Part shown: piece after piece, positions 28,163 through 42,684 of the stretch
Layout: each line of letters begins with the position of its first letter
Numbering within the stretch: position 1 is the stretch's first letter
DNA from: Octopus vulgaris
Lineage: Eukaryota
NCBI GenBank assembly: GCA_951406725.2
Contig: OX597837.1
Location: forward strand, 7,440,001-7,504,000
Length of the DNA stretch: 64,000 nucleotides
Reading direction: 5' to 3'
The notes under the pieces: model-generated
Seen by the model: only the letters and a program-made list of their open reading frames with translations
Database searches by the model: none
Told to the model about the DNA's origin: nothing
Position numbers and translations under genes: made by a program

Positions 28163-28940
28163 AACTATATGTGTGTATATGTATGTATATATCATCATCA
28201 TTTAGTGTCCGTTTTCCATGCTAGCATGGGTTGGACGGTTCAACTGGGGTCTGTGAAGCTGGAAGGCTTCATCAGGCCTAGTCAGATCTGGCAGTGTTTC
28301 TACGGCTGGATGCCCTTCCTAACGCCAACCACTCCGTGAGTGTAGTGGGTGCTTTTTTATATATATATATATAAACATAAATATATACGCACATACATGT
28401 TACATCATATTTATATTAAAAAATTTTTTGGGGGTCGCATTTTCACAAACTCTCAGCAATAACAAAACTATGAAACAGAAAAAATATTGACAAAAATTAC
28501 ATAACTAGAACACAAGACAAATTTTTAGTTCAACACATCCAAAACAAAAGCTGTTTCCCATTAAGGACCTTGGATGTAGAGCCTGAACATTGCTTGAAGA
28601 AACTAGGGGTGTCCCCAAACCTACTTAGATAATCTTCAGTATATGAAACTGTTAGGGGCTCATATTTAAAAACTGTGTGTATTAAATAACATTTGTTTCT
28701 CCCACCAGATGGAGTACTCTTTATCTTGACCTTACTTTAATGGAGAAGTAAACTATATGTATAGGCGCAGGAGTGACTGTGTGGTAAATAGCTTGCTTAC
28801 CAACCACATGGTTCCAAGTTCATTCCCACTGCATGGCACCTTGGGCAAGTGTCTTCTACTATAACCTCGGGCCAACCAAAGCCTTGTCAGTGGATTCGGT
28901 AGATGGAAACTGAAAGAAGCCCATTATATATATATATATA

Positions 28941-29141
28941 TCAAAATGTGGCCGCGTGTGTACCGTTGGGGATTTTTTTCCTCTGTCTTCCTTTCTCTGG
29001 ATCTTTCCTTCTCCTATGTTTCTGACGAAGAGCTCCGCTCGTAACGTTAAACCCTCCTTCTTCCCTTGGCGTCCAATAATACTTTATTTGTTCCACGTCC
29101 TCGCGTTGTTGTGTTTTCTCTTTGTGTTTTCATGTTTAGAT

Positions 29142-29146
<5 letters not shown>
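28941..29146 (+). mobile_element. About 205-nt hammerhead-bearing element, related subfamily
   Basis: Same layout, bounded by (TA)n on both sides. Confidence 0.65.
29018..29052 (+). ncRNA. Minimal hammerhead (Penelope-type), GAAA mutated to GUAA
   Basis: GUUU-CUGACGA-A-GAGC-UCC-GCUC-GUAA-CG-UU-AAAC. Confidence 0.65.
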
Positions 29147-29178
<32 letters not shown>

Positions 29179-29383
29179 TCTTTAACTGTTTCAGCCATTT
29201 GACTGTGGCCATGCTGGAGCACCACCTGTAGTCGAGCAAATCGACCCCAGGACTTATTCTTTGTAAGCCTAGTACTTATTCTATCGGTCTCTTTTGCCGA
29301 ACTGCTATGTTATGGGGACGTAAACACACCAGCATCGGTTGTCAAGCGATGTTGGGGGGACAAACAGACACACAAACACACAC

Positions 29384-29430
<47 letters not shown>

Positions 29431-29652
29431 TACGACAGGCTTCTTTCAGTTTCCGTCTACCAAACCCACTCACAAGGCTTTGGTCAGCCCGAGGCTATAT
29501 AGAAGACACTTGTCCAAGGTGCCACGCAGTGGGACTGAACCCGGAACCATGTGGTTCGTAAGCAAGCTACTTACCACACAGCCACTCTTACACCTCTCTC
29601 AAGCTACTTACCACACAGCCACTCTTACACCTCTCTCTCTATATATATATAA

Positions 29653-29686
<34 letters not shown>

Positions 29687-30630
29687 ATGCATGTATGTAT
29701 GTATGTATATGGCAAGCACTGAAAATGTCAGTAACTGTCCCCTACTGACTGGCCCTCCCTGTGAAATAGATTCCGCTAAATTCGGAAGGAACAAATCCCA
29801 TTCACAGAATTATTAGGGGACAATTAGGTGGGAGAGACGGGGTGGGGAGAGAGGTGAGAGGAAAAAGATTAACGAGAGAATGAGAGACAGGTAGGTGGGT
29901 GGAGGGGCAACCACAGAGAAATATCACATACACACACACACACACACACATATACATATACATATGCACACACACACACATGCCTAAGTGTTTATGTATG
30001 AGTATGTGGGTGTGTAGTATAGATGTAGATTTTCATTCACTCCTATACTTTGCCTATATTTTCATCCACGCGTTCACATGCACTCAGCCACTCACATCCA
30101 TATATACACATATGTATTTTCACACACACATACACACACGGGCATGATATATATAACACACATACACACACACACTTGCACTCACACATGATTGTGCATG
30201 CATATAAGATATAGATACATACATACATATATATATAGAGAGAGAACACATATATACATACACATATACAAATACACATACATATCTATGCATACATCAA
30301 ATACACACACACATTCATGCATATACACATACATACTCACATATATATAAATATAACACATATACACACACATATAAAGATACATACATATCTACATATA
30401 CATCATATACACACTCATATATATATACATACACACACATACATACACATAAATACATACATATACATCTATGCGCAAACACACACATACACATACACAG
30501 TCATACATACATAGACATATGCACACACACATATATATACACACATGCATACACACACATATATACACACACATGCATACACACACATATATACACACAC
30601 ATGCATATATACACACACAGATGCATACAT

Positions 30631-30679
<49 letters not shown>

Positions 30680-31224
30680 AACACACACGTATACACTCAT
30701 TCAGCCAGTCACAGACTCAAAGGCCTCAACTGGCAAAATGGACAGCTCATTAAATGCAGGAAGTCGGCTGATTGCCTGTAATGAGAGACTTGTGGGTCTT
30801 GTGATAGGTCAAATGTGAAAGGCTGCAAAACGCCAACAGAACTCACAACCAGACATTGACACACAAACATACATAGATATATAGATATGTTTATGTGAGA
30901 GAGAGAGAAAGACAGACAGACAGACAGAGAGCATATGTACATGTGTATCTTTCTTCTTTTGTTTGTTGCAGTCATTGGGACCCTGGCCATGCTGGGGCAT
31001 CACCCTGAAGAATTTTGAGCAGCATGAATCAATCTCAGTACTTGAAAAAAAAAATTAATTTTTTGTTTTTAAGCCTGGTATTTATTCTATCAGCCCCTTT
31101 TGTTGAACAGCTAAGTTACGGTAACATGAACAAATCAGCACAGGTTGTCAAGCAGCTGTGGGAGACAAACACAGACACAAAGACACTTCTTTTCTATTTT
31201 CTCTCCCTGTTTATTTTTGTGTTC

Positions 31225-31260
31225 CTTTCTGATGAAGAGCATAGGCTTGAAATGTAAAAG
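31225..31260 (+). ncRNA. Minimal hammerhead (Penelope-type)
   Basis: CUUU-CUGAUGA-A-GAGC-AUAG-GCUU-GAAA-UG-UA-AAAG. CpG-decayed relative to sister copies. Confidence 0.75.
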
Positions 31261-31923
31261 ACTTTCTCACTTCCCAAGCATTAAACTAATACATCTGTTT
31301 GTTATTTACACACCTGTCTTCATCTACCAAATCCACTCACAAGGTTATGGTTGGTCCGAGATTATACTACAAGATTCTTGCCCAAAGTGCCATGCATTGG
31401 GACTGAAACCAGAACCATGTGCTTAGGAAGCAAGCTTCTTACCACAGAGCCACACTTGCACCAATCCGACCGTGGCCGTTTGCCAGCCTCGCCTGGCACC
31501 TGTGCAGGTGGCACGTAAAAAGCACCCACTATACTCACGGAGTGGTTGGCGTTAGGAAGGGCATCCAGCTGTAGAAACACTGCCAGATCAAGACTGGAGC
31601 CTGGTGCAGCCTCCTGGCTTCACAGACCCCAGTTGAACCGTCCAACCCATGCTAGCATGGAAAGCGGACGTTAAATGATGATGATGATGATCATGATATA
31701 CTCTTTCTTTTTTTACTCTCTTTTGCTTCCTTCAGTCATTTGACTGTGGCCATGCTGGAGCACTGCATTTAGTCGAGCAAATCGACACCAGGACTTATTC
31801 TTTGTTAGCCTAGCACTTATTCTATCGGTCTCTTTTGCCGAACCGCTAAGTTACGGGGTACGTAAACACACTAGCATCGGTTGTCAAGCGATGTTGGGGT
31901 GACAAACACAGACATAACAACAT

Positions 31924-31958
<35 letters not shown>

Positions 31959-34432
31959 CATTTATACGGCGGGTTTCTTTTAGTTTCCATCTACCAAATC
32001 CACTCACAAGGCTTTGGTCAGCCCAAGGCTATAGTAGAAGACACTCGCCCAAAGTGCCACACAGTGGGACTGAACCCAGAACCATGTGGTTGGTAAGCAC
32101 TATTCTTTATTATCTATAATGAATTTGTATTTCTCACAACTACTCAGCCTAAATATGTGAGTGAGAGAGAGAGACTGACAGATAGACAGAGTATATCTCT
32201 TTGTCTTAACATCGTATGATGGCTGTAAACAAGTGTCACCATAATTTGAATGGCATCATTCATTTCCAGTCTTCCAAGAAAACATGTCCAGTCACAGGGA
32301 AATTACTGACTTGCTTGGAAACGAGTGAAGACTGGTGACAAGAAGGACATCTGGCCAAAATCTGCATCAACGAATTCTGACCGACCCCATACAAAAATGG
32401 AAAAGCAGACACTATGATGATGACAATGATGACGCCGACGATGATGATGAGGATGAGGATGATAGTGGTTGTGGAGATTGTGATGATGCCTGTCATAGGA
32501 AATCTGACTCAACACATTGTCTGACCCACACTAAAATGATGGTGGTGGTGGTGGTGGTGGTGGTGATGGCAATAACAGCTGTGATAGTGATGACGTTTCT
32601 CCTGATGACAGGAATATCGAGTGACGTGAAAGGCACCAAAGATGACCAATCGCAGACTAATGGCCAAGACAACTAAGAACAAGAAGACAAAACAGAGGGG
32701 AAGCATTCAAGAACGCAGACAATAATAAAAAAGTTGATGCAACAGGAACAAGAGGACCATTTTGGCATCGGTGACATTGAAGAATTTGGCTTTGATGGCT
32801 TTTAAATTGATATTAAATTTTATTTCATTAAAGTCGTAATTAATAATCTTTTATTTATTTTTTTAATTAATACTTTCATAATTGCACTTGACCTTAAACG
32901 TACTTCGACGACTTTCTTTTTTCCATTATCATTTAATTTGCTTTAATGATTTCTTTGATAATGTAATGTATTTTGCAGTGATTAACCATATATTGCAATT
33001 TATTTAGTTAATAAATGCGTTCAGTATAACGACCTGTTTAATTGTCATCTTACTTCACTAATAACAATGGAACACGTAACATCGTTAGGAAAAGTACAAT
33101 GATTCTTGCAATGTCATCTCTCTTGGAGGTTTTAATTATCAAAGTTTTTCTATCAACTTTTCATACAAAATATGGGACATCAATCAAAGTAAATGTGGTG
33201 TCATTTGGTGAGGGGAGAGGTGAAAGCACATGGCCTAGCGGTTAGCAGTGCTGCACTTGTGATTGCCATCTCATGGTTTCAGTTCCCAGACCAAGCAGTG
33301 TGTTGTGTTCTTGAGCAAGACCTTTCATTCTTTCATTTCATGTGGTTCCATGGTGTACTGCACTTAATGGACTCCAGATCCACACACAACACACACACAC
33401 ATGTTCTTTCTTTTACTCTTTTATTTGTTTCAGTAATTTGACTGTGGCCATGCTGGAGCGCCGTCTTTAGTCAAACAAATCGGCCCCAGGATTTATTCTT
33501 TGTAAGCCTCGTACTTATTCTATCAGTGTCTTTTGCCAAAATGCTACGTTGCAGGGGCTCCAGCATGGCCACAGTCAAATAACTGAAACAAGAAAAAGAA
33601 TAAAAGAAAAATATATGGCTGTGTGGTAAGTAGCTTGCTAACCAACCACATGGTTCCGGGTTCAGTCTCACTGCGTGGCATCTTGGGCAAGTGTCTTCTG
33701 CTATAGCCCCGGGCCGACCAATGCCTTGTGAGTGGATTTGGTAGACGGAAACTGAAAGAAGCCTGTCGTATATATGTATATATATATAAGTGTGTGTGTG
33801 TGTGTATATGTTTGTGTGTCTGTGTTTGTCCCCCTAGCATTGTTTGACATCCGATGCTGGTGTGTTTACGTCCCCGTCACTTAGCGGTTCGGCAAAAGAG
33901 ACCGATAGAATAAGTACTGGGCTTACAAAGAATAAGTCCCGGGGTCGATTTGCTCGACTAAAGGCAGTGCTCCAGCATGGCCGCAGTCAAATGACTGAAA
34001 CAAGTAAAAGAGTAAAACAGTATATATTTATACACACTCATACAAATGGAAAGAACCCGGTGCAAAAAAGTATCGGTTTCCCTATATACTTCTGCATGTA
34101 TGTATGTGTATACACATATATATATATATATACCCTATTATATAAACAAAGTTTAAAAAAATATGGTTAACTTGCAGAGCTAATGTATATCTAATTAGAT
34201 GTTTAGGCTTTTTTTATATGTTAAATACATTAACATATATCTATACACACACATTGCTAAATATAACATATACACGGTTAAATACTTTTACACAGTGTGT
34301 TAATTACATTAACACACGTATACATACATCATGTTAGATAAGCTAACAAATATTTATAAATTGTGGTTAACACACATACATACACACATATATATACATA
34401 TACATACATATATATATATATATATAGACATA

Positions 34433-34464
<32 letters not shown>

Positions 34465-34470
34465 CACATA

Positions 34471-34502
<32 letters not shown>

Positions 34503-34579
34503 CACATATACATACATATATACATATATATATATAAACACATATACATATATATATACATATATATATATATATCATA

Positions 34580-34742
34580 CCATATTTAAGCGTGTATAAG
34601 GAACCCTACTTTGTCAAAAATTAGGTTAAGAAAATATGGGAGCTTCTTATACATGGATAGTATTAAAATCCTTTACAAAACCTTCTTTCCAAATTTTAAG
34701 GCCCCAAAATCAAGGGGCTTCCTTATACACGTTAAAATACAG
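34580..34742. mobile_element. Tc1/pogo-like MITE
   Basis: 21-bp TIRs (17/21 match) flanked by TA. A similar terminus lies at about 13520-13542. Confidence 0.7.
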
Positions 34743-35491
34743 TATATATATACATTGTACTGAATATGTCCATACACACACACAGAGATATTATCATCAT
34801 TTTTATGTCCCTTATTCCATGCTTGCATGGGTCGGATGGAGTTTACTAAAAGGCAGATTATGTACAGTTGGATGCCTTTCCTCTCCCCAACCCTCACTTG
34901 TTTTCAAACAAGGTAATATTTCTCTGTGTGGAGGCACGTGACTTAGTGGTTAGGGTGTCAGCATCATGATTGTAAGATTGTGGTTTCGATTCCTGGGCCG
35001 GGCTACGCGTTGTGTTCTTGAGCAAAACACTTCATTTCACGTTGCTCCATTCCAATCAGCAGGCAAAAATGAGTAACACTGCAATGGACTGTAAAAGTAA
35101 AAGAGATATATCTACATGTGTGAACTTTGTGTCTGTGTTTGTTCCCCAGCTCTGCTTGACAGTTGGTGTTGGTGGGTTTGCATCCCTATAACTTAGCAGT
35201 CCAGCAAAAGAAACTGATAGAATAAGTACCGGGGTTTTAAAAATGAGTACTGGCATCGATTCAGTCAACTAAAAAAAATCAAGGCTGTGCCCCAGCATGG
35301 CCACAGTCTTATGACCGAAACAAGTACAAAATAAACGATACATTGAATTAAACACACACACACACACACACACACAAGTGTTAATTTAGAGATGGCTCTT
35401 AAGGCTACAATACTATACACTTGATCATTATTTGAGAGTTCAACTATAATCTCCTTGTGTCAAGGAATAAAGAGAGAGAAAGTGTTGCTGG

Positions 35492-35831
35492 TAGCGCCCT
35501 CTGTCGGAGAAGAAGGAGAGGCAATGCTGTTAACACCCAGTTACTAACATAAAAAGAAAAAAATAGGGGGAAAAAAATAAAAAATTAAAATTGGAGGGAA
35601 TTTGTGTTGTGAGTTGTCAGTTAGCGCCCTCTGTGAGTGACTAAAGAGATGAAAGTGGTGCTTTCAACACCCAGCTGTCAGACTGAGAAGGAGAGGCAAG
35701 GCCTAAACCAGTGGCGACCTCTGTCAGTCAAGCACAGCAACAGGAAAAGGATAGAGTTACTGGTGGCACTCTTACTCTGGCAGTCCTACAACAGACAAGA
35801 AGATAGTGTTACTGCTAGCGCCATCTGTTAG
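35492..35831. promoter_or_regulatory. Cluster of four co-oriented CTCF-like motifs
   Basis: TAGCGCCCTCTGTCGG (35492), TAGCGCCCTCTGTGAG (35622), TGGCGACCTCTGTCAG (35712), TAGCGCCATCTGTTAG (35816). Confidence 0.6.
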
Positions 35832-37349
35832 TGAGGCTATAGAAGCATAGTGGTGGTGGTGGTGGTTGTTGTTGTTTAACCCTAGGCTGGTCCTGACAAA
35901 GCAAACCTATGATCAAAGACATCTATTATTTATCATAAGTACATTCAGGGCAGAGATTTGCTCGACCAAAGGCAGTGCTCCAGCATGGCCGCAGTCAAAT
36001 GACTGAAACAAATAAAAAAGTAAAAGACTACATGTATGGATCTCTTCGGACTGGGGCACTGCCTTGAAGGGTTTTAGTCGAATGATTCACCACCCCGCCA
36101 GTAAAGGCCTGGTACTTCTATCAACTTCTTTTGCTGCGTTATATCCAAAGAGTAATTAATGCTAATTAAAAAACATATTAATTGGTGCATTAAACGAGCA
36201 TTCTGTAGAATATAAGTTTTTATGGAGTAGAAGAGTTCTCACATAAAACTACAGAAGGTGGGTTTTTATACCAAAGATACCACTGCCAAAGACAGGGTGG
36301 TACCATGCAGGATTGAAGATAAGGGTGAGAAGTTCTTTAAAGCCAAAACACAGTCCACCCCTTCACCACCCGACTGGCTGTTTCATTGAGATGGTTTATC
36401 TGTTCAACAGAGATTCCATTGTTGGGATCTTGTGGTGTCACTATTAAAGAAGATAAGAAGGGACTTGTTGAGGGAGGTTTAACTACTGTTGCATTTAGTT
36501 GGAATTTTTTAGGTTTTTTTTATTTTTATTTTTGTCTAACAGAGGAAGCTATTGTCGGCTGGATGTGGGGGCCCCATTGAAGGAAAAGCAGTCTGATTTT
36601 TTTTTTCTGTTTTTATTTTATCTTTATGGTTTAGCAAAAAGAGGAAAGAAAATGTTACATACGAACTTTTATTTTTCTAATGCCTCCAAGAATTGCAGGA
36701 AGAAATTGGTTACAGACTGGAACTCTATACACAAGTGCCATGTTGGGTTTCTTAAACATAAACGATCCAAAAAGCAAAAGCAGTGCTTTTGGGCCTGCAA
36801 GACTGGTACCATGTTGAGTACCTTTAATAGAGACTACCCAAAAAGAGAAATGGTATCTTAGGGGCTTCTCAAGACCATTGTGAAGAATTTGTCCACAGAC
36901 TGGAATTCTATTAAAGGCAAAGAAGTGCTTTGCTAAGTACTTTTAACAAAGGCCTCCCATTTACTATCTACTAAATTTCACTCACAAAACTCTAGATGAC
37001 CAAAATTCAGTGCCACCCAGGGAGCAGACATGGTGGTCTAAAGTGGATTGGTGTTAAAGAAGGTAATCAACAAGACTTTGTAAGGTAGAGGTGGGGACCC
37101 AGTTTTGCTTTTATCCTTTTCTTGTTTGAGTCATTAGACTGCAACCATGCTGGGACTGCGCCTTGAAGGAATTTAGTCTAATGGTGCAGGCGTGGCTGAG
37201 TGGTAACAAGCTTGCTTACCAACCACATGGTTCTGAGTTCAGTCCCTCAGTATGGTACCTTGGGCAAGTGTCTTCTACTATGGCCTCAGGCCTTGTCAGT
37301 GAATTTGGTAGACGGAAACTGAAAGAAGCTCATCATGTGTGTGTGTATG

Positions 37350-37403
<54 letters not shown>

Positions 37404-37678
37404 AATATGCATATCCCCTCTCTCTCTTTCGGAGAGGCACTGAGCAGTTATATGCACGCATACACACATGGCAGTAACTCCCACCTACCGAATTCAATCA
37501 CAAAGCTCCGGTCGGCTCAGGGCTATAGCGGAAGACACCTACCCAAAGTGCCACGCAGTGGGACTGAACCCGAAACCATGCAGTTAGGAAGCAAGCTCCC
37601 TAACCACACAGCCATGCCCGCACCTATATGTATATATATATATATATGCATATTTATGTGTGTCTGTGTCTGCTGCCT

Positions 37679-37716
<38 letters not shown>

Positions 37717-38126
37717 TGGCTTGACAACTGATGTTGGTCTGTTTACATCCCTGTAACTTAGCAGTTCAGCAAAAGACACTGATAGAGAAAGTACCAGGCT
37801 TACAAAGAATAAGTCCTGGGGTTGATTTTTTTTTCCAACTAAAATCCCTTAAAAGCAGTGCTCCAGTATGGCCACAGTCAAATGACTGAAACAAGTAAAA
37901 GAACAAAAGAACTAACCTCAGTACCATTTTTTTTTTCAAGCCTGGTACATATTCTATCAGTCGTTTTTGACAAACTGCTAAGTTACGGGCACATATTCAA
38001 TGTACTCCTTCCCTATTTTTTTAACCCTTAAGGTTATATATACCCAGACCTATTCCCCATTTTTTAGGAGGGGGTAGCAACAACAAAACATACACACCAG
38101 GAATTCCATTCCTTTCCCAGCTCAAA

Positions 38127-38610
38127 GTGGTGGGCCCCGTTCTATGCTCGGGTCAAGGTATAGAACGCAACCCCCAATATCAGCAGCAGGGCTCAACAGC
38201 ATATGCTGGTTTGCCCTCGCCACATCATCCTGGTTCCGTGCCCCCTTTGAGCAACATCGACTTCACTCATCCGTCCACAAACACTCTCCAAGCTCTCCTC
38301 ACTCCATCCTTCCACACAAACAGAGGTCTGCCTCTGGTTCCACTGCCAACCACTTCTACCTTCATCACCCTCCTTATCATCCACTCCTCATCCATCCTCT
38401 CCATGTGGCCAAACCACCTCAACATTCGTCTACCCATTTCGGTTGTTAGATTTTCCCTCATTCCTGCTTGCCTTTGCACCTCTTCATTCCTTATCCTGTC
38501 CAACCGTGTCACACCAGCCAAAGCCTCCCAACATCTCACCTCAAAACACATCTAGTCACCTCCTTTCCACATCTCTTTGCCCCTACATCTTTGCACCATA
38601 TAACATTGTG
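38127..38610 (-). mobile_element. RTE-clade LINE 3' fragment
   Basis: GVTRLDRIRNEEV...LRWFGHMERM...RGRP..WKD. Confidence 0.9.
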
Positions 38611-38799
38611 GAAAGGATTAAGTCGATTACATCGACCCCAGTACATAACTGGAACTGAATTTATCAACTCCGAAAGGATGAAAAGCAAAGTTGACGTCAG
38701 CGGAATTTTAACTCAGAACACAGCGAAGGGTAAAATACCATTAAGCAATTCGTCCAATGCTCTAATGATTCTGATAGCTCATCACCTAATAATAATAAT

Positions 38800-39162
38800 A
38801 ACAAGAGCACTCAGAGAATGCAAACCTCCACCAAGGCAACACCAATGTCCTTTCAACAATTAGCCGGAGATGATTTTTAAAATGAGAATATCTGAGATAA
38901 ACTCGACTGCTCTCACAAATGAGAATACTAAAAATGAACCCAGCCACTCTCAAAAATTAAAGAAAAAAGAGAACAGGAAAAATAATCCAGAATCCTTGTC
39001 CGGTAACGGATCGATCCCAAAATCTAATCAGTTCGTCCCAGTCATGGGGCCAAACATCCTTGAAAGTTTCATCCAAATCTATCCAGCGGTGCTCAAGATA
39101 GCTTGTCCATGGACAAACATACAAACACTACTGGAAACAATACCTCCACTAAGGCAGGGTAA
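38800..39162 (+). mobile_element. Helentron/HINE-like non-autonomous element; second copy at 63680-64000
   Basis: ACAAGAGCACTCAGAGA..ACCTCCACCAAGG start, short simple repeat, terminal hairpin TACCTCC...AGGGTA. Confidence 0.55.
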
Positions 39163-39190
39163 ATAATAATAATAATAATAATAATAATAA

Positions 39191-39690
39191 TTCGTTTATT
39201 GGCCACAAGGGCTAACAAAAATCAATTAAAACATAAAGGGACAAAACACAGGACGAAAGTTACAAAAGGTTTCGTCCGTTTGAAAAAGGTCCGTGTACAA
39301 AAGCAGGATGACAACGAAAAATAAGTAACAATTAAAACTCTCAATAGGGGGAGGCGCTTCAAAAGATTACTCATGGAAAAACCCCATAAAAGCCATGGGA
39401 GCCTGGTCAAAAGGAGGGTAGAGAGCCCCTTTCTCCATTCTTGCGACATTCGCCCACCTTTCAATAAACTTGCTACCAAACATCACTTCCCTCTCTACTC
39501 TCATCTTCCTTTTCAAGGGAAACTTGAAAAAGTTGATGAGGCCTTGGCCAAAAAGGAAAGTGTCTGACCTTGCCCTTTCAAACAGATTCACCATATCACC
39601 TCTTTCACTTCAGCCACTAGGCAAAGGAAAACTTCCTTGCCCTCCCGGCTAAAGGAGGTCGACGGGGCAATCCTCATTACGGATTCAGTA
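39191..39690 (-). mobile_element. L1/Tx1-like LINE 3' end in (AAT)n
   Basis: Decayed C-terminus LINFFKF.LKRKMRVERE...FIERW, a pyrimidine-rich UTR and AATAAA. Confidence 0.6.
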
Positions 39691-39999
39691 CTTTAGTTCA
39701 TGTCGCTCCAGTCCACTCAGTTGACAAAAGTGGATAGTACCTGTAATTCAAAGGGCCAGTTATCTCACACTCTGTGTTGCACTGAATCTCCCTGACTGGG
39801 AACTACGTTAAGGGTGAGTGTGTCTGTGGAATACTCAGCCACTTGCACGCTAATTTCACGTTAATTTCCATTGATCGGATCAACTGGAACCCTCGTCGCC
39901 ATCACCGGCGGAGTGCTAGTATAATGGTAATGGTGGTGGCATCCTAACAGTAGTGGCAGCGGTGGTGGTGGCAGTGGTAGGAATGGTATGACCATAGTG

Positions 40000-40223
40000 A
40001 AGGCGGCGAGCTGGCAGAAACATTAGCGCGCCGGGCGAAATGCGTAGCCGTATTTCGTCTTCCGTTACGTTCTGAGTTCAAATTCCGCCGAGGTCGACTT
40101 TGCTTTTCATCCTTTCGGGGTCGATAAATTAAGCACCAGTTATGCACTGGGGTCAATGTAATCGACTTAATGCCCTTGTTTGTCCCCTCTGTGTTTAGCC
40201 CCTTCTGGGTAGTAAAGAAATAG
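40000..40223 (+). mobile_element. SINE family B monomer (Meta-domain-like)
   Basis: GGCGGCGAGCTGGCAGAA head, B box GAGTTCAAATTCC, and central TTTCATCCTTTCGGGGTCGATAAATTAAG resembling the MetaSINE domain. Other copies at 4027-4210 and 12631-12845. Confidence 0.85.
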
Positions 40224-40559
40224 CTATGACCATAGTGACGGTGGTTGTAGTGGTTGCAGAAATAGTGACACTATTTGCGGTGGTGGTGGTGGTGGCAGTG
40301 GTGGTAGGAATGTTGGTTACCATAGTGATGGTGGATGTAGTGGTTGCAGAAATAGTGATACCATTTGCGGATGTGGTGGTGGGGAGATGGTAGAGGGAGT
40401 GGTGCTGATACTGCTGCTAGGAATGGTGGTGACCAATTTTGGTAAATGTCAACAATGGCAAGAACGAGTAAACAGGAGGGATGTAACACACACATACATA
40501 CACACACAAACACATATATACATATGAATACACATACATACAATCACACACATTACATT

Positions 40560-40561
40560 CA

Positions 40562-40608
<47 letters not shown>

Positions 40609-40753
40609 GTATGTATATGTATAATATATATTTATGTTTGCTTATACGTATGTGTGTGAGTATATATATATAACTATGCGTGTGCGTGTGTTTGTATATA
40701 TGTAGAATATATGTAAGCATATATTGAGTATGTATGCGAATGTGTGTGTGTGA

Positions 40754-40797
<44 letters not shown>

Positions 40798-40931
40798 GTA
40801 TAATATATATTTATGTTTGCTTATACGTATGTGTGTGAGTATATATATATAACTATGCGTGTGCGTGTGTTTGTATATATGTAGAATATATGTAAGCATA
40901 TATTGAGTATGTATGCGAATGTGTGTGTGTG

Positions 40932-40968
<37 letters not shown>

Positions 40969-41100
40969 GTATGAATGTATGTATAATATATATTTATGTT
41001 TGCATATACTTATGTGTATGTGTGTGTGTGTATATGTATATAACTATGTGTGTGCATGTGTGTTTGTATATATGTAGAATATATGTAAGGGTATGTGAAT
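40560..41100. repeat. Three tandem units of about 180 bp of compound microsatellite
   Basis: tttatgtttgc...taactatg...tgtagaatat recurs three times. Confidence 0.9.
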
Positions 41101-42211
41101 ATGTGGTGTGTGTGTGTGTGCATGTAGTGAGAGTGAGGGGACATGAATTAGAAAACCACACACAGACATTTACAGAAATGAGAAAATGGGGGGTGAGGAG
41201 GGAAGGAGATACGGGTGGCCGGGTGGACATGGGCAAGTGGGTGGAGGAATGGGTTGGTATTATCACATATACACACACACACACACACACATACCAAGAC
41301 ACATTCCACATATACACACACACTGCACACCCCATATATACATACCACACAAACACCGACACACACAATGCCACACACACAATGCCACACACACACACAT
41401 AAACACACAAATACCACATATACATACACACACATAAACACACAAATACCACATATACATACACACACATACGCATAGAAGTTAATGTGTCCAATATCAA
41501 AAGGAATTAGAAAAACATATTTAAAAACGCACTCACAGACAAATACTCTTTTCCTCTTTTACTTGTTTCAGTCATTTGACTGCGGCCATACTGGAGCACC
41601 GCCTTTAGTCGACCAAATCGACCCCGAGACTTATTCTTTGTAAGCCCAGTACTTATTCTATTGGTCTCTTTTGCCGAACCGCTAAGTAACGGGGACATAA
41701 ACACACTAGCATCGGTTGTCAATCAATGCTAGGGGGACAAACACAGACACACAAACACACACACACATATATATACAGACAGTTTCTGTCTACCAAATTC
41801 ACTCACAAGGCATTGGTCGGCCCGGGGCTATAGCAGAAGACACTTTCCTAAGATGCCACGCAGTGGGACTGAACCCGGAACCATGTGGTTGGTTAGCCAC
41901 TCCTGTGCCTATGTATATATTACAGAGACGTACTTGCATAGCAAGTGACCTGATCTGAGATCGTGTGCTGGAACGAAAAAATATATATTTTATTTTATTT
42001 TATTTTATTTGTTTCAGTTATTTGACTGCAGCCATGCTGGAGCACCGCTTTTAGTCAAACAAATCGACACCATGATTTATTCTTTGTAAGCCTAGTAATT
42101 ATTTTATCAGTGTCTTTTGCTGAGCCGAAAAGTTACAAGAATATTATCACACCAACATCGGTTGTCAAGCAAGGGTGCAGGGAGGGACAAACATAGACAC
42201 ACAGATACATA

Positions 42212-42271
<60 letters not shown>

Positions 42272-42434
42272 GCTTCTTTCAGTTTCTGTCTACCAAATCC
42301 ACTCACAAGGCTTTGCTTGGCCCGAGGCTATAGTAAAAGACACTTGCCCAAAGTACCATGCAGTGGGACTGAAACCAGAACCATGTGGTTGGGAAGCAAG
42401 CTTCTTACCACACAGCCACGCCTTTGCCTATATA

Positions 42435-42496
<62 letters not shown>

Positions 42497-42633
42497 GGAG
42501 ATGTACTTGCATAGCAAGTGACCTAATCTGAGATCGTGTGCTGGAACGAAAATAATTGCAGCGTGGAAGGTGTTTATAAGCCATTTAAGAAACACACAAA
42601 AACCGTTCGATTCACTTCAACATTTAAATTTAA

Positions 42634-42684
42634 TTTGCCAAAATGTGTTCGTCGCTTTGTGAGCGCAACCTATTCACTGACAAA
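42634..42684 (-). ncRNA. Hammerhead-like fold with altered core (GUGAAUA...GAAC)
   Basis: UUUGUCA-GUGAAUA-G-GUUGC-loop-GCGAC-GAAC-ACAU-UU-UGGCAAA. A 7-bp stem I and 5-bp stem II are correctly placed. Confidence 0.45.

Noticed and set aside
32602-32635. CTGATGA...GAAA as a hammerhead
   Set aside because: The flanking segments do not pair.
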